From the NCBI GenBank assembly GCA_905250025.1, contig CAJNOJ010000205.1, positions 17,730 through 80,291 of the forward strand: a stretch of DNA of 62,562 bases. Reading direction: 5' to 3'. This DNA comes from Adineta ricciae. Taxonomy: Eukaryota. Position numbers and translations under genes: made by a program. Of this stretch, positions 22,358-34,491 are shown in pieces (the first letter of the stretch is position 1; each line of letters begins with the position of its first letter). The notes beneath the pieces were generated by a model. The model had not been told where the DNA came from, made no database searches, and saw only the letters and a list, made by a program, of their open reading frames with translations.

Positions 22358-23644
22358 TCAAGAAGAACTAATCAAATCTTCGACTGTGCACCAATATTCA
22401 TCCCATCCAATGCCTTCTTGGACCCAACCCGTACTCTCAGCTGGGAACAATGCATCCATTACCATTTGTGCAATTTTCAAATAAGGCAGTGCATCTTGTG
22501 CAGTGTCGAATTTCTCTGCATACATCAATGCTCTGATTGTCTTCAGCACATGTTCATCTGGATGTGTTAAGCATTTCTCGATCAGAGCTAGCCATGGATT
22601 TATTGCATCTGAATACAGATGCTCGTTTGATACTTGATATTCATTGCATAAATAATCCACATTTAGCTTTGGTCGGCCACGTGCAACGTAGTATAAAAGG
22701 TCTGTTGCGAACTTTGCTTTCATCAATTTCAACTGATTTTGTTTGCTTTGAAGTGAATGAACGATAATATCCAAGAAGAGACCACTCGTAGTTGCATGCA
22801 TGAGAAAAAAATCCAGACGAGGCGGTTTGTTTGGTCGTATAGCAGCTACGTTTACTAGAATACTCGTTCGTCTAGCGTCGTTCAAATCTGGCTTCCACAT
22901 TCGTGCATATTCTTCAATTAACGGACCACCACCTCTTTGTAAAAGTATCGGCGTTTTCGGTCGAGCATCGGTGTAAACGATCATATCATCAAATCGATGA
23001 TCATTTCTGATCAGTTCAATAATTTCCAAAGCTGTTTTATCACCATCTCCACTGGAATTTAAATTTATATGATCAACGACATCTTTAACATTGATTCGAT
23101 CAACCGCTGCCATAGCTAGACCTTCAATGGCCATTCCTTTCGATTGAAACTCAAGAGCATATCCAAGATGAATGAATGGATGATAAGCGCCAGCCAAAAT
23201 AAGACCAAGATATCCTTTGTTAAATGTATAATCTTCGATTAGAGCTTCCATCTTTCCTTGATACTTTTCACTGATTAATTCATTTTTAAAGAATTCCAAA
23301 TAATCATGATAATACTTATCGTCACCTAAGCATTTTTCGGGATCGAAATTCTCTTTTTGATTAAGTGCGGCTAAAGGCTGTTGAATTTTTGTATGTTGTT
23401 CAAAGATGTGCTTCAACGTTTGAGAAGAAGCACCGAATCCTAAAGCAGCTAAAAGATGATGCGCAGTATGATTGTGATAACCACCTGGAATATAGAAAAA
23501 CAGATGATGAGCTTCATGATTCTTTTCGAGGAGATCAGAACATGTTCGAACTGCTTCAGATTGGATACCAGGTAATAAACAGACATCATTTTTCATGCGA
23601 AATTCATTGCATGACAAAGCAAACATGATGCAGTAAGTTAGCAC
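22358..23644 (-). CDS. Questin-oxidase-like / DUF4243 (AflY-type Baeyer-Villiger-like oxidoreductase) family protein, intronless (428 aa)
   Basis: N-terminal family signature HHLFFYIPGGYHNHTAHHLLAALGFGAS, and central YHPFIHLGYALEF, as in fungal/bacterial questin oxidase/AflY-like proteins. Length is typical for the family. It uses the host-like AT-rich codon style. Confidence 0.8.
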   Translation of the reverse strand: MLTYCIMFALSCNEFRMKNDVCLLPGIQSEAVRTCSDLLEKNHEAHHLFFYIPGGYHNHTAHHLLAALGFGASSQTLKHIFEQHTKIQQPLAALNQKENFDPEKCLGDDKYYHDYLEFFKNELISEKYQGKMEALIEDYTFNKGYLGLILAGAYHPFIHLGYALEFQSKGMAIEGLAMAAVDRINVKDVVDHINLNSSGDGDKTALEIIELIRNDHRFDDMIVYTDARPKTPILLQRGGGPLIEEYARMWKPDLNDARRTSILVNVAAIRPNKPPRLDFFLMHATTSGLFLDIIVHSLQSKQNQLKLMKAKFATDLLYYVARGRPKLNVDYLCNEYQVSNEHLYSDAINPWLALIEKCLTHPDEHVLKTIRALMYAEKFDTAQDALPYLKIAQMVMDALFPAESTGWVQEGIGWDEYWCTVEDLISSS

Positions 23645-24001
23645 GAGTGATGTAAGAACAAAAAGTTGATTTAATGTTTATCGACATTCACGTGGCGTGT
23701 ATTTTATATATCTTTTTCTTTCTTTCCTTCAACAATATCGTTCGTCTTCTTTCGTTCTCTTTATGTCGTATGTGTACTTATATACAATCAGTTTTATTCT
23801 GTAGTTGAATTTTCAGTATTTATTCACTGTATCTGTTCGTCGACATGATCCTAAATTTTTCCATTTTGCTTTAAACCCTGGTAAATTCAAACTGGTCAGT
23901 TTCTTCGTCGGACTTTCTCCTGGCTTGTTCGTTTGTAGAGCTTGATATTTTATCCCATGGACACTCACTAAGCTACCACGCAAGTATTTCATCTTCGTAT
24001 T

Positions 24002-24553
24002 TCAAACAGGTGGGCATCTTTGAGGATCATCTTCTAGTTTCATCGATGTTTCACTGCATGAGCCTTTCCAATTGTCGAAATCTGAATTGTAACTGATCTC
24101 TCGTTGACGAAGGAAACATTCAACAGCAGCTTTATCGCATTGGCAAGTTCTATAAGCACATGTTCCTGCCGGATCGACGCATTGAATAGTTCCATTCGAC
24201 ATCTTTTGATGTTTGTAAGCTTTTAATAATGGCCTGCACTTCTCGACAGCGGCTTCCGCACTTCCAAAACAGTTATCATGTACTTGGCAGCAACGATCGG
24301 TTGCATCGACAACCAAATTACCACGTTTACCTTTGCCACACCTGAAGCGAAGGGAAAGATGGTATTTTTTATTGACACATCGAAAATTTTACCAGCATCC
24401 GTAACCATTGTATGCCAGAGGATTGCCAATAGTGTCGAGAATCAAAGTACCGAATTCAACAAAATTCCGATTTTGAATATCGGACACGGCATCTGATAAA
24501 TCATAAATGATATTCACAAAAAAGAAAAGATAAAGAAGGTTAAAGAGGGACAT
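24002..24553 (-). CDS. Secreted phospholipase A2 (group I/II-like), 2 exons with a 51-bp intron
   Basis: Exon 1 (24393..24553) is MSLFNLLYLFFFVNIIYDLSDAVSDIQNRNFVEFGTLILDTIGNPLAYNGYGCW (signal peptide plus start of the Ca-binding loop). The intron 24342..24392 is gtaaaatttt…cgcttcag. Exon 2 (24002..24341) is CGKGKRGNLVVDATDRCCQVHDNCF…CQCDKAAVECF. This gives the canonical YGC(W)CGxGGxG…DRCCxxHDxC…C.CD…C sPLA2 motifs. Confidence 0.8.
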
Positions 24554-25128
24554 AGCATCTAATCAAGTACACTTTGTTTTCGTTTGAGGAAAGTGCGCTT
24601 CTTAAATAGGAGGTATTTTTGTAAATTGAAGATTAGGTGTTTTTATTAATGTCTGGAAAAGTAACGAAGAGTCACGTACAATCAGCTCGAAAACAAATTT
24701 GTTAACGATTTTATTTCTAGACGATGAAATAAGAAAAAAAACACCTGTTTGCAATCAATACTAGTCAGTAGAATGGTTGTCTAATCAATATTTGAATTCA
24801 TCATCGAAAGAATCCAAATGTTTAATATTTGTTGCAATTACTATTGCTGGCTTATTAAAATCCCATTCAACAGTTCGGTAGTCGCATTCTATACGATTAT
24901 TGTCTCGAAAACAAGACTATGATCGATGTAATTTTTTCACTCACTCCTATTGGTCGCATGATTTGTAAGCTAACAATCTGATATTTCGTTTCAAACTGAT
25001 ATCCTCCTTCATCGTATACACTACCATACTGGTTATTTAATCAAGGCATATCGATAATTCGGTTTTGAACGAAACTTAAATGTGCTTGTCTGAATTTATC
25101 AGTAATTTCAATAAATAAATAATCATCA

Positions 25129-25527
25129 TTATGGGAAATTTTTTGTTGCAGAGTAGTAAACATACTGAAGCTCGATGAATTGCTCAATCCAAGATTTATA
25201 TACATTTTGGCTCTCGTCATACACGATCACCTCGAGTTCAGGTTTTAGTCGGTACACAAGAGCTGGATGGGAACAAAAATGGCATATATCTCCCATGATC
25301 TTGAATTGCGGTAGAAAATGTTTATTACATTGGCGTAAACCTGTTGCCTTTTCTTCGGCTGGAATGCCAGTGCAGATGATTACGTTTGCTCCAGATTCTT
25401 TGACATCGAGTTCAATTTGAGCATTCTTGCGAACAGGTTGACAAAACGTACATTTATTTGGTTTACAGGCAGCGAAATAATTGTCATAAGTGCTTTGTGT
25501 TGAGCCACTATTCGAGGAGCGGTTCAT
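25129..25527 (-). CDS. Small hypothetical protein with two Cys clusters (possible Zn-binding; 132 aa)
   Basis: 132-aa ORF. CKPNKCTFC and CHFCSHP are separated by about 55 residues. No confident family. Confidence 0.3.
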   Translation of the reverse strand: MNRSSNSGSTQSTYDNYFAACKPNKCTFCQPVRKNAQIELDVKESGANVIICTGIPAEEKATGLRQCNKHFLPQFKIMGDICHFCSHPALVYRLKPELEVIVYDESQNVYKSWIEQFIELQYVYYSATKNFP

Positions 25528-26694
25528 TGTTTAGAGTAGAAGGTTGGAAGCATGAAGCGATTGAACCATTGATAGGAGTGATAACCGCAGCAGATGTATT
25601 GGACAGAACGAAATCAGATGATAACGATCTATTCATTTGCATGTCATGGGCTAGATGATTGATGATTGAAGCGATGCAATTGAACAGTCCAGTGCTGACA
25701 TGCATAATCTGTCGATAGGATAGCAACTCCCTATGAGTCCAAGTAGAATGAGATCAGGCGGACTAATACAAAGTGATTGCTGGCATGTAGTTTCATGAAT
25801 GTGCGAGGTATACCTCGGATCAGATAATCAGTTGATGAAGCACCGATCTTCACTATCCACTCATTAAAAGCGATTGGTGTTTTGATTGATTTCCCTCGAT
25901 TTCCTCGAAAAAGTTTAGCATTCGCAAAAATCGAAACAAGTACAATCCTCTGTATGTCAAGTTCTTTAGTGGCAGGAAACGATTGTTTCTCTATCCGTGT
26001 CACGCTGTCACTTTTTTACGACAAAAAGCCTGCGAATTCAGTCTTCTACGGGTTTTTCCATTTGACCTTGGAGTATTCTTATAAAATCAGACATAATTGT
26101 GACGATTTTTGATGGAAGAGATGTATGCGCTGATGGAACTACGCTTATTTATTTCTTCCTCATCAATCGCATCGTTCTGATACAAGACACACGTTTATAT
26201 ACTCGTCCACAGAGAAGAGAACACAAGAATATATCATATCGAAGTACATCAAAATGGACTGAGATAAGGACATAATACGGATAATCCATTAGATGAGGAA
26301 AATCGTATCACGCGTACAACGCACGTCAGAGAGATTGTCATAATAATAACAATCAATGTACTGCTAGAATTTGAACAGGATTTAACGTTTTCACAGCCGC
26401 CGCAGAAAAAATCAAAGTTTTGAGTGTTCAGATGCTAGTCATGCTTGCATTTATTTACATGAAAATGAGAGATATATCGACGGTTGAAAATAAAGAACGC
26501 ATCTGTTTCAGCAACTTGTGCAATAACGTCGTCAGTATAAAACTACGAGAAGAATAATGCAAAAAATATATGTCAATCTTTCTTTTTCTTGTTCTCGCCA
26601 TGCACAACGCTTTCGGAGTGGATGAGTCATCTACATCTACACGACATATTTCTACCTGATTATTTGAAAATTTCCTCTAGATTACTTGACTAGA

Positions 26695-29600
26695 ATGTCT
26701 TCGTCGTCCGCATCCACGTTGTATGGTAAAACCATTCTATTAGAACTTGGGTATGAAAAAGGCTTTAAAGCGAAACAAGAATTGATCAATTTCTTGCGAG
26801 AGCAGCACGCACGTGTTTCGTATATTCTTACAGCTAGTGTACGTATGTTTACTTTTGTATTCCAATTTGTAAAAATCTTTTTTTTTCATCAAGACTGATT
26901 ATGTTTTCACAACAAATAATGTCGACAATTCAAAGACGCGTCGTGCTAGACAACTCGGTATTCCACTAATCGATGTCGACTATATACAACAATATCGTTC
27001 CTCATCGTCTGGACGAATATCGACTGACATCAATAAATTTCTCATCAAGTCGTCCGAAGATCAAGAGAATTTTACGAGAACTGGTACTATAAACGTCTCA
27101 GGTAATGTCGGATTCCATGTATGACGACAAACATTCCTAAAATTGTTATAGAGTCTCGACCGAATATGTGTAAAATCAATAAATTCGATGCCAATAAAAT
27201 CAAATTATGGAATTCTACTGATGAAAATCTGCCTTGCTTCGACGAATTAACGCATGGTGCTATTGGAAAATGGGCGATCTTTAAAGTATTCTCACGTTGA
27301 CCTATTCATCACTCTTCTCTTGTGATATTGTAGGAAACCACTGATAATTCCCATGTTTTCTTCGTTCTTGAACTTCAAATAATTCCCGTACAATACTACA
27401 ATCCATCGACAAGTGATTATCGATTGCGATTTCGGTATGAAAAGCAAACTATTACAGAAGGAAAACAGCAAGACAAGAAAATTTCATTTCAATATGCCTT
27501 TGGAAATGATCCTAATGAACAGCAACAATTGTTTGCATTCTATTACAATCGAATATCCACAATGCCACGTATTACACGTATTCGCGACATGTTACCTAAT
27601 CAATTAGGCTCAAAATTATTATTACGAGTGAGTTCTTTGCATGTACGGAAGAAAAGCTTTGATTGAATTCGTCTTCAGTCTTTGTTCATACATCGTCTTG
27701 ATACACAAATACTTGATGAGAATGTATGTCAATTGATTGAATCGATTTGGTTGGAATCAGTTGGTGATGTGAATAAAATCTTGAGTGTCTCGCCTGAATT
27801 CATCACTCTCAAAACGGTATACACGTATAAAAATGACAGATTTATTCTCAAATCTACCGTGTTTAGATAGTTGAAGCTGAAGCTGCACTTCTTGAGTTGA
27901 AAACTACCAATGATTCGGCGGCAGCAACACGCTTTTATTCACTTTTACCACATCAACCATCGTGCCAGATTGACCTCGTCAAAAATCGGCGAGCATTGAT
28001 TGAAAAACTAGATTTATGTCAAGTATGACAAATAGATCTCTTTATCCTTTTTATTGATCATTTTAACTACGAACAGATGCTGAGAGACATGCTAACAGTG
28101 AATGAACTGACGAACTGGAATGTGAAAGCGCCAATTGAAGCTAAATACAGAGCGTTAAAGTGCTACATTGAAGTTCTGTCGAGCTCGACACCTGAATATA
28201 AGAATATTGCGAAGTTGATTCAATCATCATCCGATAGGTTAATCAATTTTCAACATTCGTTTTGAGAATATTGAATGTACAATGTTTTTATTCGTTACAG
28301 TAGTGAACAAGTTCTTATTCATAATATATTCAGCGTAGCAAAACAGAGTGATAGTTTGAATTTTCGTTCTACACTATCTCACCAACGGCAATTATTTCAT
28401 GGATCGAAATATTCGAATTTCCTCGGAATTCTCTCTCGGTAAAACAATTCTTTTCTCATCGAGATTTATCTATGTTGTCAAATTAGTGGTCTGGTTATGC
28501 CGAAAATGGTGGTGGAAGACTTCGGTGTGGTGCGTACTGATATTGGTTGTCTTGGTTATGGAATTTATTTCTCAGATTCAATTTCTACATCTCTCAAATA
28601 TACAACAGCAAGCACCGCACGACCCGGACGTCGATTGTTATGCATATGCCAAGTGGCATTAGGTGAATCGGCGAATTACTACTCATTTGCACCAAATCTT
28701 ACAAAGCCTCCCGATGGCTTCCAGAGTACACATGGAGTCAAACGAACAGAGGATAATCAGTCGATGTTTACTGTAAGTTTTAATTTAAGATGAATATTCT
28801 GTTCATAATTGGTCCTAGGATAACGAATACGCAATCTATCAACTTGATCAACAACTTTTACACTATGTCGTTGAAGTCTCTTGGGCACCAAAGGATGCTT
28901 TAAACATCCAATTGGAACGTTTACCAATTGTTCATCATCAGCAATGTGCACTTGATTGTGTTTCAGTTGATGTTCCAACAACGATCGATGATGAAATCAT
29001 CGAAATAGCGGAGCAAGATTATGGTTTGATATGTCCGGCATCAGGCAAAATCATTCCGCTTCGATCATTTCATCTCCGTGCTCAAGTTGTTGACACAACA
29101 GTTGAAGTAATTCGATTCATTTTTCGATTTGAATGTCTAATTTTATCTTGAACATACAAGGTTGTTCTGTATCAAGTCTATTACAACACGAGTTCGACGC
29201 CCATCGAAGCTAAGTACGTTTTTCCATTGGATGAAAATTCCACGGTATGTGGTTTCGAAGCACATATTAATGACAAAGTGATTAAAGGTGTTGTCAAAGA
29301 AAAAGAACAAGCGAAACAAGAATATCGCGAAGCTATTGCCAAAGGTCATGGTGCTTATCTAATGCATCAAGAAGAAGCTCAGGTTTTCAGTGTAGCAGTT
29401 GGTAATTTACCGGCAAATACCGAAGTGATCATTAAGATAACTTACGTTGCCGAGTTAGAAATTGAAAATGGTGATATTATGTTTCGTCTGCCGGCAAAAA
29501 TGACTTCTTGGCAATCAAAGCAAGCCATAGAAGCACGAGATCAATCGATTCTTCGATCGATCGGTATGATCGACGAGAAAGTGGAATTCACTTTCAGAGC

Positions 29601-31490
29601 ATCCATTCGAATGCCATATAATATCACAAAACTATTCTCGCCAACACATCGTCTTCGTCGAAAAATAACCAATTGTATTGCCATGGTAGAACTCGTTGAT
29701 AATATTCTACTTGATCGAGATTTCATCCTTTCAATCACACTCAATAGTCCGAATTTACCTCGAATATCGATTGAAACCTTGGAAGATTCCAGCTCTCAGG
29801 CATGCATGTTAACATTTTACCCGAAATTTGAAGCACCAGCTCATTCTCGTGAAGAAATCGAGATTATATTTATTGTTGATGTGTCCAATTCAATGGATGG
29901 TACTCATGTACACCAAGCGAAACAATTGGCTCATTTATTCCTCACTAATTTATCAATTAATGATGTGAAGACGTATTTTAACATTATTACTTTTGGATCT
30001 GGTATGATCTATTACGTAATTTATTGTTTGCTAATAGAATTCGATTTAGATAATGATGAATGCTTTCCTATGTCTGTACCAACAACGAAAGAAAATCTTG
30101 ACAAAGCTAAACATTTCGTTCTGGTTTGTTATTTTTCTTGAAATAAATATCCTTCTCTTCTGAATTCATTCTAGCATTCACTGATTCATCGTGGTAATAC
30201 AGATCTATTCTCTGTTCTTCATCGTTACTCACTATTGCCATCCAAATTTTCACGTCAATTTATTCTGCTATCTGATGGACACATTCATGACCTCCAATCG
30301 ATTCTAATTCTACTCAAACACCAATCAACATTCTGTCGTGATCGTTTGTTTACCTGTTCAGTTGGTAATGTTGCAAATAAGCATTGTCTGAAGCAGCTGG
30401 CTAACGAAGCAAGTGGCGGTGGTCTAACGATCATATTCGACTCGAATTACCGATCGAAATGGAAAGCCAAAGTATTGAATCTTCTCGAACATGTTCGACA
30501 GCCATGTGTGACTAGTGTATCGATCAATTGGGATGGTCATATCGATGAACAGGAAAGGTTTCATATGCAAGCACCAAAAACAATTCGTTCTCTATTCAAC
30601 GGAATGCGAATTACTGTTTATCGATTTGTACAGAATTGTCATAAGGCAACGTTGACGGCAATGGTCGACGGACAAGAATTTGTTACCACTGTATTTAGCA
30701 ATCCGATGACAATGACAAGAGGACGTATTCTACACTGTTTAACTGCACGAGCGATCATCGATGATTATGCTAATGGACTATTGGATGCTGATGAAAGTGA
30801 AAATGAATTAATCAAAGTTCAATATAAGCGAGATCTTATCGATCTGAGCATCAAACATTCAGTTGTTAGTGCGTACACAAGTTTTGTTGCTATCGAAGAA
30901 CGTGATACCAAATCGAACGTCGAAAATCATCAGCCAGGTAAGCGAAACGAGCTAGTACACATTGATATTGAAGTTTTCACTACTGGCTGCAGGAGTTCGT
31001 CTGCTTGATATCATGCTGGAAAGTGACACGGATCTACTTCCATACATGGGATGGGATGGTGATGTATCAAATGCGTCCTTAATGAAACAGAAACTTATCG
31101 ATGCATGTACTTTACTCGATAGTACACCGATTCAAAGGAAAAAAGAGGTGATTGTTGATATTGAAAAACTTTGTGAAAGTATTTCCTATCGAGCAAGTGG
31201 AGATGCAAAGTGTGAGATCATGATGAATATCATACGGACGTGTCGTCATTCGTTAAAGGAATATGCTAAAGCGGATGAAATCGAACAGAAAATGCGGCGA
31301 GGTAGATGATTTGCAAGAAAAAGCTATGCATTCCTTCGTTTATTTCGAAAAATATTCAGATATACTGATGGAGATGGTCGGTGCAACAGCAGAAGAACGA
31401 CAGGTATTAGAACAACAGTGCCAAGCGAATAACTTGATATTTACAGATGATGAAATGTATGTAAAATACTTACAAGTATATCAAAATTAG
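26695..31490 (+). CDS. Vault-PARP (PARP4)-like gene: BRCT-like N-terminus, PARP catalytic domain, VIT domain, vWA domain; multi-exon
   Basis: The N-terminal exon MSSSSASTLYGKTILLELGYEKGFKAKQELINFLREQHARVSYILTA is BRCT-like. The catalytic signature at about 28540-28790 is GYGIYFSDSISTSLKYT…RRLLCICQVALGES…KPPDGFQSTHGV. VIT lies in ORF 29227..30141 (…VIIKITYVAELEIENGDIMFRLP…). vWA has an intact MIDAS, IIFIVDVSNSMDGT…ITFGSG. Further exons follow at 30235..31008 and 30962..31490. BRCT+PARP+VIT+vWA is the PARP4 architecture. Exon junctions and the true 3' end were not resolved. Confidence 0.6.
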
Positions 31491-32539
31491 ATTTCTTCGT
31501 TTTGTAGGGCTTTGTTATCTTCGTACGATGGTAAGAAGGCGATTATCCACTCAGACGTCTTGATATTTCTTTGTCATAGAAATCAGTGATCCGTTTGAGG
31601 CGAATTTCAAGAAATTAACACCCATTGACCAAACGAAGAAAATGAGAGAATTAACAACTACGGTATGAATACTGAATACTATTTGAGCTATGACGTTTCT
31701 TTGTAGTTGGAGGAAAAGATAGATTTGGATAACGGATGCTTCTTACCTACTATCTCAACTGGAGAAAACATCCCGCCATCCTTGGTAGTTGAGGAACAGA
31801 ATTTACCGACAGTAGAACAAGATCCATGGGAAAACATATTACAAGAGTTAGCAACGAAAGATGATTGGAGTACGACTGATTTCGGCTTTTTGGATTGCCT
31901 GGACGAAACATCCTATGTGGAAATTAGTAAGTACCTATGAAGACTTAATAGTTATTTTCTACGCGTATTCATCCGCATTCTATTGTGGATAACGACATAT
32001 ATGCTTTTGTTTGTAGCCAGTCGTCTGGATGAAGTACGATCGAGACGAATGCGTATGTTTCAAGATGCCGAAATCGAAGAGAAAGACGGAGATGTTGACG
32101 TGTCCTCATTAGTTAATCTTCCTCTTGGTGGAGAAGATCTTCCAGCAGATTTAAATTTACGCTTAGAATCGAATGTGGGATATGTACCGACACCTAATAA
32201 TGAGAAAGCTATGGAGGAAAACGACGAGATGGATAGTAGGTCTAGATATTTTTCAAACTCCTTTTTATTCTGCCTATTATAAAAACAGCTCGTGCATCAT
32301 CTGTAACGTTGCTTTCAAAACCTGAACATGGCACTGCAACGTCACGTGCAGCGACGCCAGTAGCTAGTACAATTGAATCAGACACCTTGTATCGAAGGAT
32401 ATCATTAGTGGATGCGACTGCATTGAATGCGTCTCGACATCGTAGTGGCTGCATGTCATCTTCGGCTCCATCAGAATCGAAGATTAGTAAGTTACGATGA
32501 CTCGTTTTCGTTTTGATTATTTATTTTAATTAATGCATC

Positions 32540-33500
32540 ATGAACATAGAAACACGTGTACCAGATCAACCTCTTTCTGGAAGGCATGGAGGTCCATCAC
32601 GCGTGATGAACGAACCCGCAAGTCTTCATACTAGAGCAGATGATAAAGCAGTATCCGAACGCTCGCAATTTGTGCTCATAAATCAAGATGAACAACGTCG
32701 AGAGACGCGAAGTCCAATCAAACATATGTCGACAGAGGAGCTAGTACGTAAATTAGAAAAAATATTTCCCCACAAAAAGTCTACGTATTCTCAGAAGCTA
32801 CAAAGTGAGCAAGTCGAATTGTCACGTTTGGTTTCAAACGCAAGATTGAAGAAAGAAAATCGTAAACAGGAGATGCGAGGTGAAAAGAATGTTGTCGAAG
32901 ATATCATAGACATCTCCGCTTTCTATCAAAATCCGATGCCTATGTGCGATTTACTACTTCTCGATGTATGTCCACTTGGACTGGGCATTGGAGATATTCA
33001 CGGTCAAATGCACACATTGATTCGTCGTAATACGACGATTCCAACACGAACTCAGTTTTGGCCAATATTTACCAATGCTTATGCTTATCAAGCAACAGCT
33101 ACCATTCGTATATTTGAAGGTGAACATAAGTTAACAAAATACAATGTACGTTGTAGTCCAATATCATCGACTCTTTCTGAATAATCCTATGTTGATTGTA
33201 GGAATTTTTGGGTGAGTTCGATCTTTCCGGTTTGACGAGTAATTTGACTTCTCGGACACTTCAAATATCTGTTCGTATGGATATTGATGCAAATGGTATA
33301 CTTCGCGTCGATGCTGAAGAAGAACTTTCTGGTGCCAAAGCTACATATACCGTCCACTCGAGTGAAAAAAGTTCGATATTTATTTATTTGTATTTGTAAT
33401 GACGCTCTTGATAATCGTGTAGGATTATCAAGTGATGACATTCAACGGCATCTCATATTCGTAGAAGGTCAAACGAATGCTGCAGCTAAATCTGGTTAGT
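32540..33500 (+). CDS. HSP70-family substrate-binding (SBD-beta) and lid region, with no nucleotide-binding domain upstream; may be a 3' part of the PARP4-like gene or an independent gene
   Basis: LLLDVCPLGLGIGDIHGQMHTLIRRNTTIPTRTQ…IRIFEGEHKLTKYN | EFLGEFDLSGLTSN…[32 protein letters not shown] | RLSSDDIQRHLIFVEGQTNAAAKS. This aligns block by block with the HSP70 SBD-beta and start of lid (LLLDVTPLSLGIET…LIKRNTTIPTK…[45 protein letters not shown]…GRLSKEEIERM). Two introns (33141..33196 gtacgt…ttgtag; about 33379..33429) keep the frame. The upstream about 130 aa are basic/acidic low-complexity with no actin-like ATPase motifs. Confidence 0.55.
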
Positions 33501-34491
33501 CTTAAACTAGTCGAAATATTATTTATGCTTCACTGTTTCCTGTATAGCTTACGATCGTACACTCGATGATCCGTTGTGTCAAGTTTGTACTATAGTATCT
33601 TTTTATGGTTAGATTTTGTGTATTTTCAACTAGCTTGGTGGACAAGTTCAGGTCATGCAGCATAACTTCTCTGGTGAATTTGCTAATACAGACCCACTAG
33701 GTTGGTTATCACCTGTCAGTATATGTCAATACATTTGTGAATCTATAGATCAAACAACTGATATTTCACTGTTGAGAAAGTTGAAAGATGTTTGCTCTAC
33801 ATCTACAATCATCAACGAACTTATGAAACTTCAATTTGAAGTCTGATCACTCTTGGTACATTGTTAAAATATTGCTAAGATTGTTTCATTGGATATAGGA
33901 TGGATCGTTTACTTTGAACAAGCAGCTAGCCGATGTTTTTCATCTAGATTGTGCAGTTTTTCAAAGTCTTGAACATTATTTAGCTGAACATGGTTTCAAA
34001 TCACTCGGTAAGCTTTCGCTATTTGTAAAATATGGAGAAACAGCGATCTGTGGTTGCAGCTTTGAATTTACAAAACGAAATTCTTCGTTTGATCGGTACC
34101 GGTGTCATCCTTCTCTGGCTTGTCCATCAATCTCAAGCATCGCATTCGGATTCGCTTGGATTTTCCTTTAGCATTGAACAAATCAAAGTAGCTCAAGTCG
34201 TTTTCTTTACACATTCGGTAATCTCTTTTTGAATATCCTTCAGATTCATCTTTGCATGGATTATCCTTCTGACATCCACGGACAAATTCTGAAGGCAATA
34301 GAGTTTTATCAACGAGTCAGTCAACAACACGGTATCTATTGTAAACAACTAGAGCTCGAGGGCTCATCGTGGAACATGTTTGTTCAATATCTGTTCTTCG
34401 CTGACGGTTGTCATAAAACAAACAGCATTTAACGATGTGAATGCGGAGAAAAAAAACTTTTATTGAGATTAATTGAGAAAATAAACAAGAT

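Noticed and set aside
25508-26112. Short ORFs (25508..25726 -, 25731..26003 -, 25882..26112 +) that might extend the Cys-cluster gene at 25129..25527.
   Set aside because: No frame-preserving GT…AG junctions were found linking them, and the translations lack any motif. They are more likely UTR or intergenic.
31500-32540. Acidic or low-complexity ORF fragments (31707..31940, 31983..32282, 32309..32500), as possible additional exons or a separate gene.
   Set aside because: They could not be assigned. They have no domain signal and ambiguous splice junctions. They may be disordered linker exons of the PARP4-like/HSP70-SBD transcript, but the sequence alone does not settle this.
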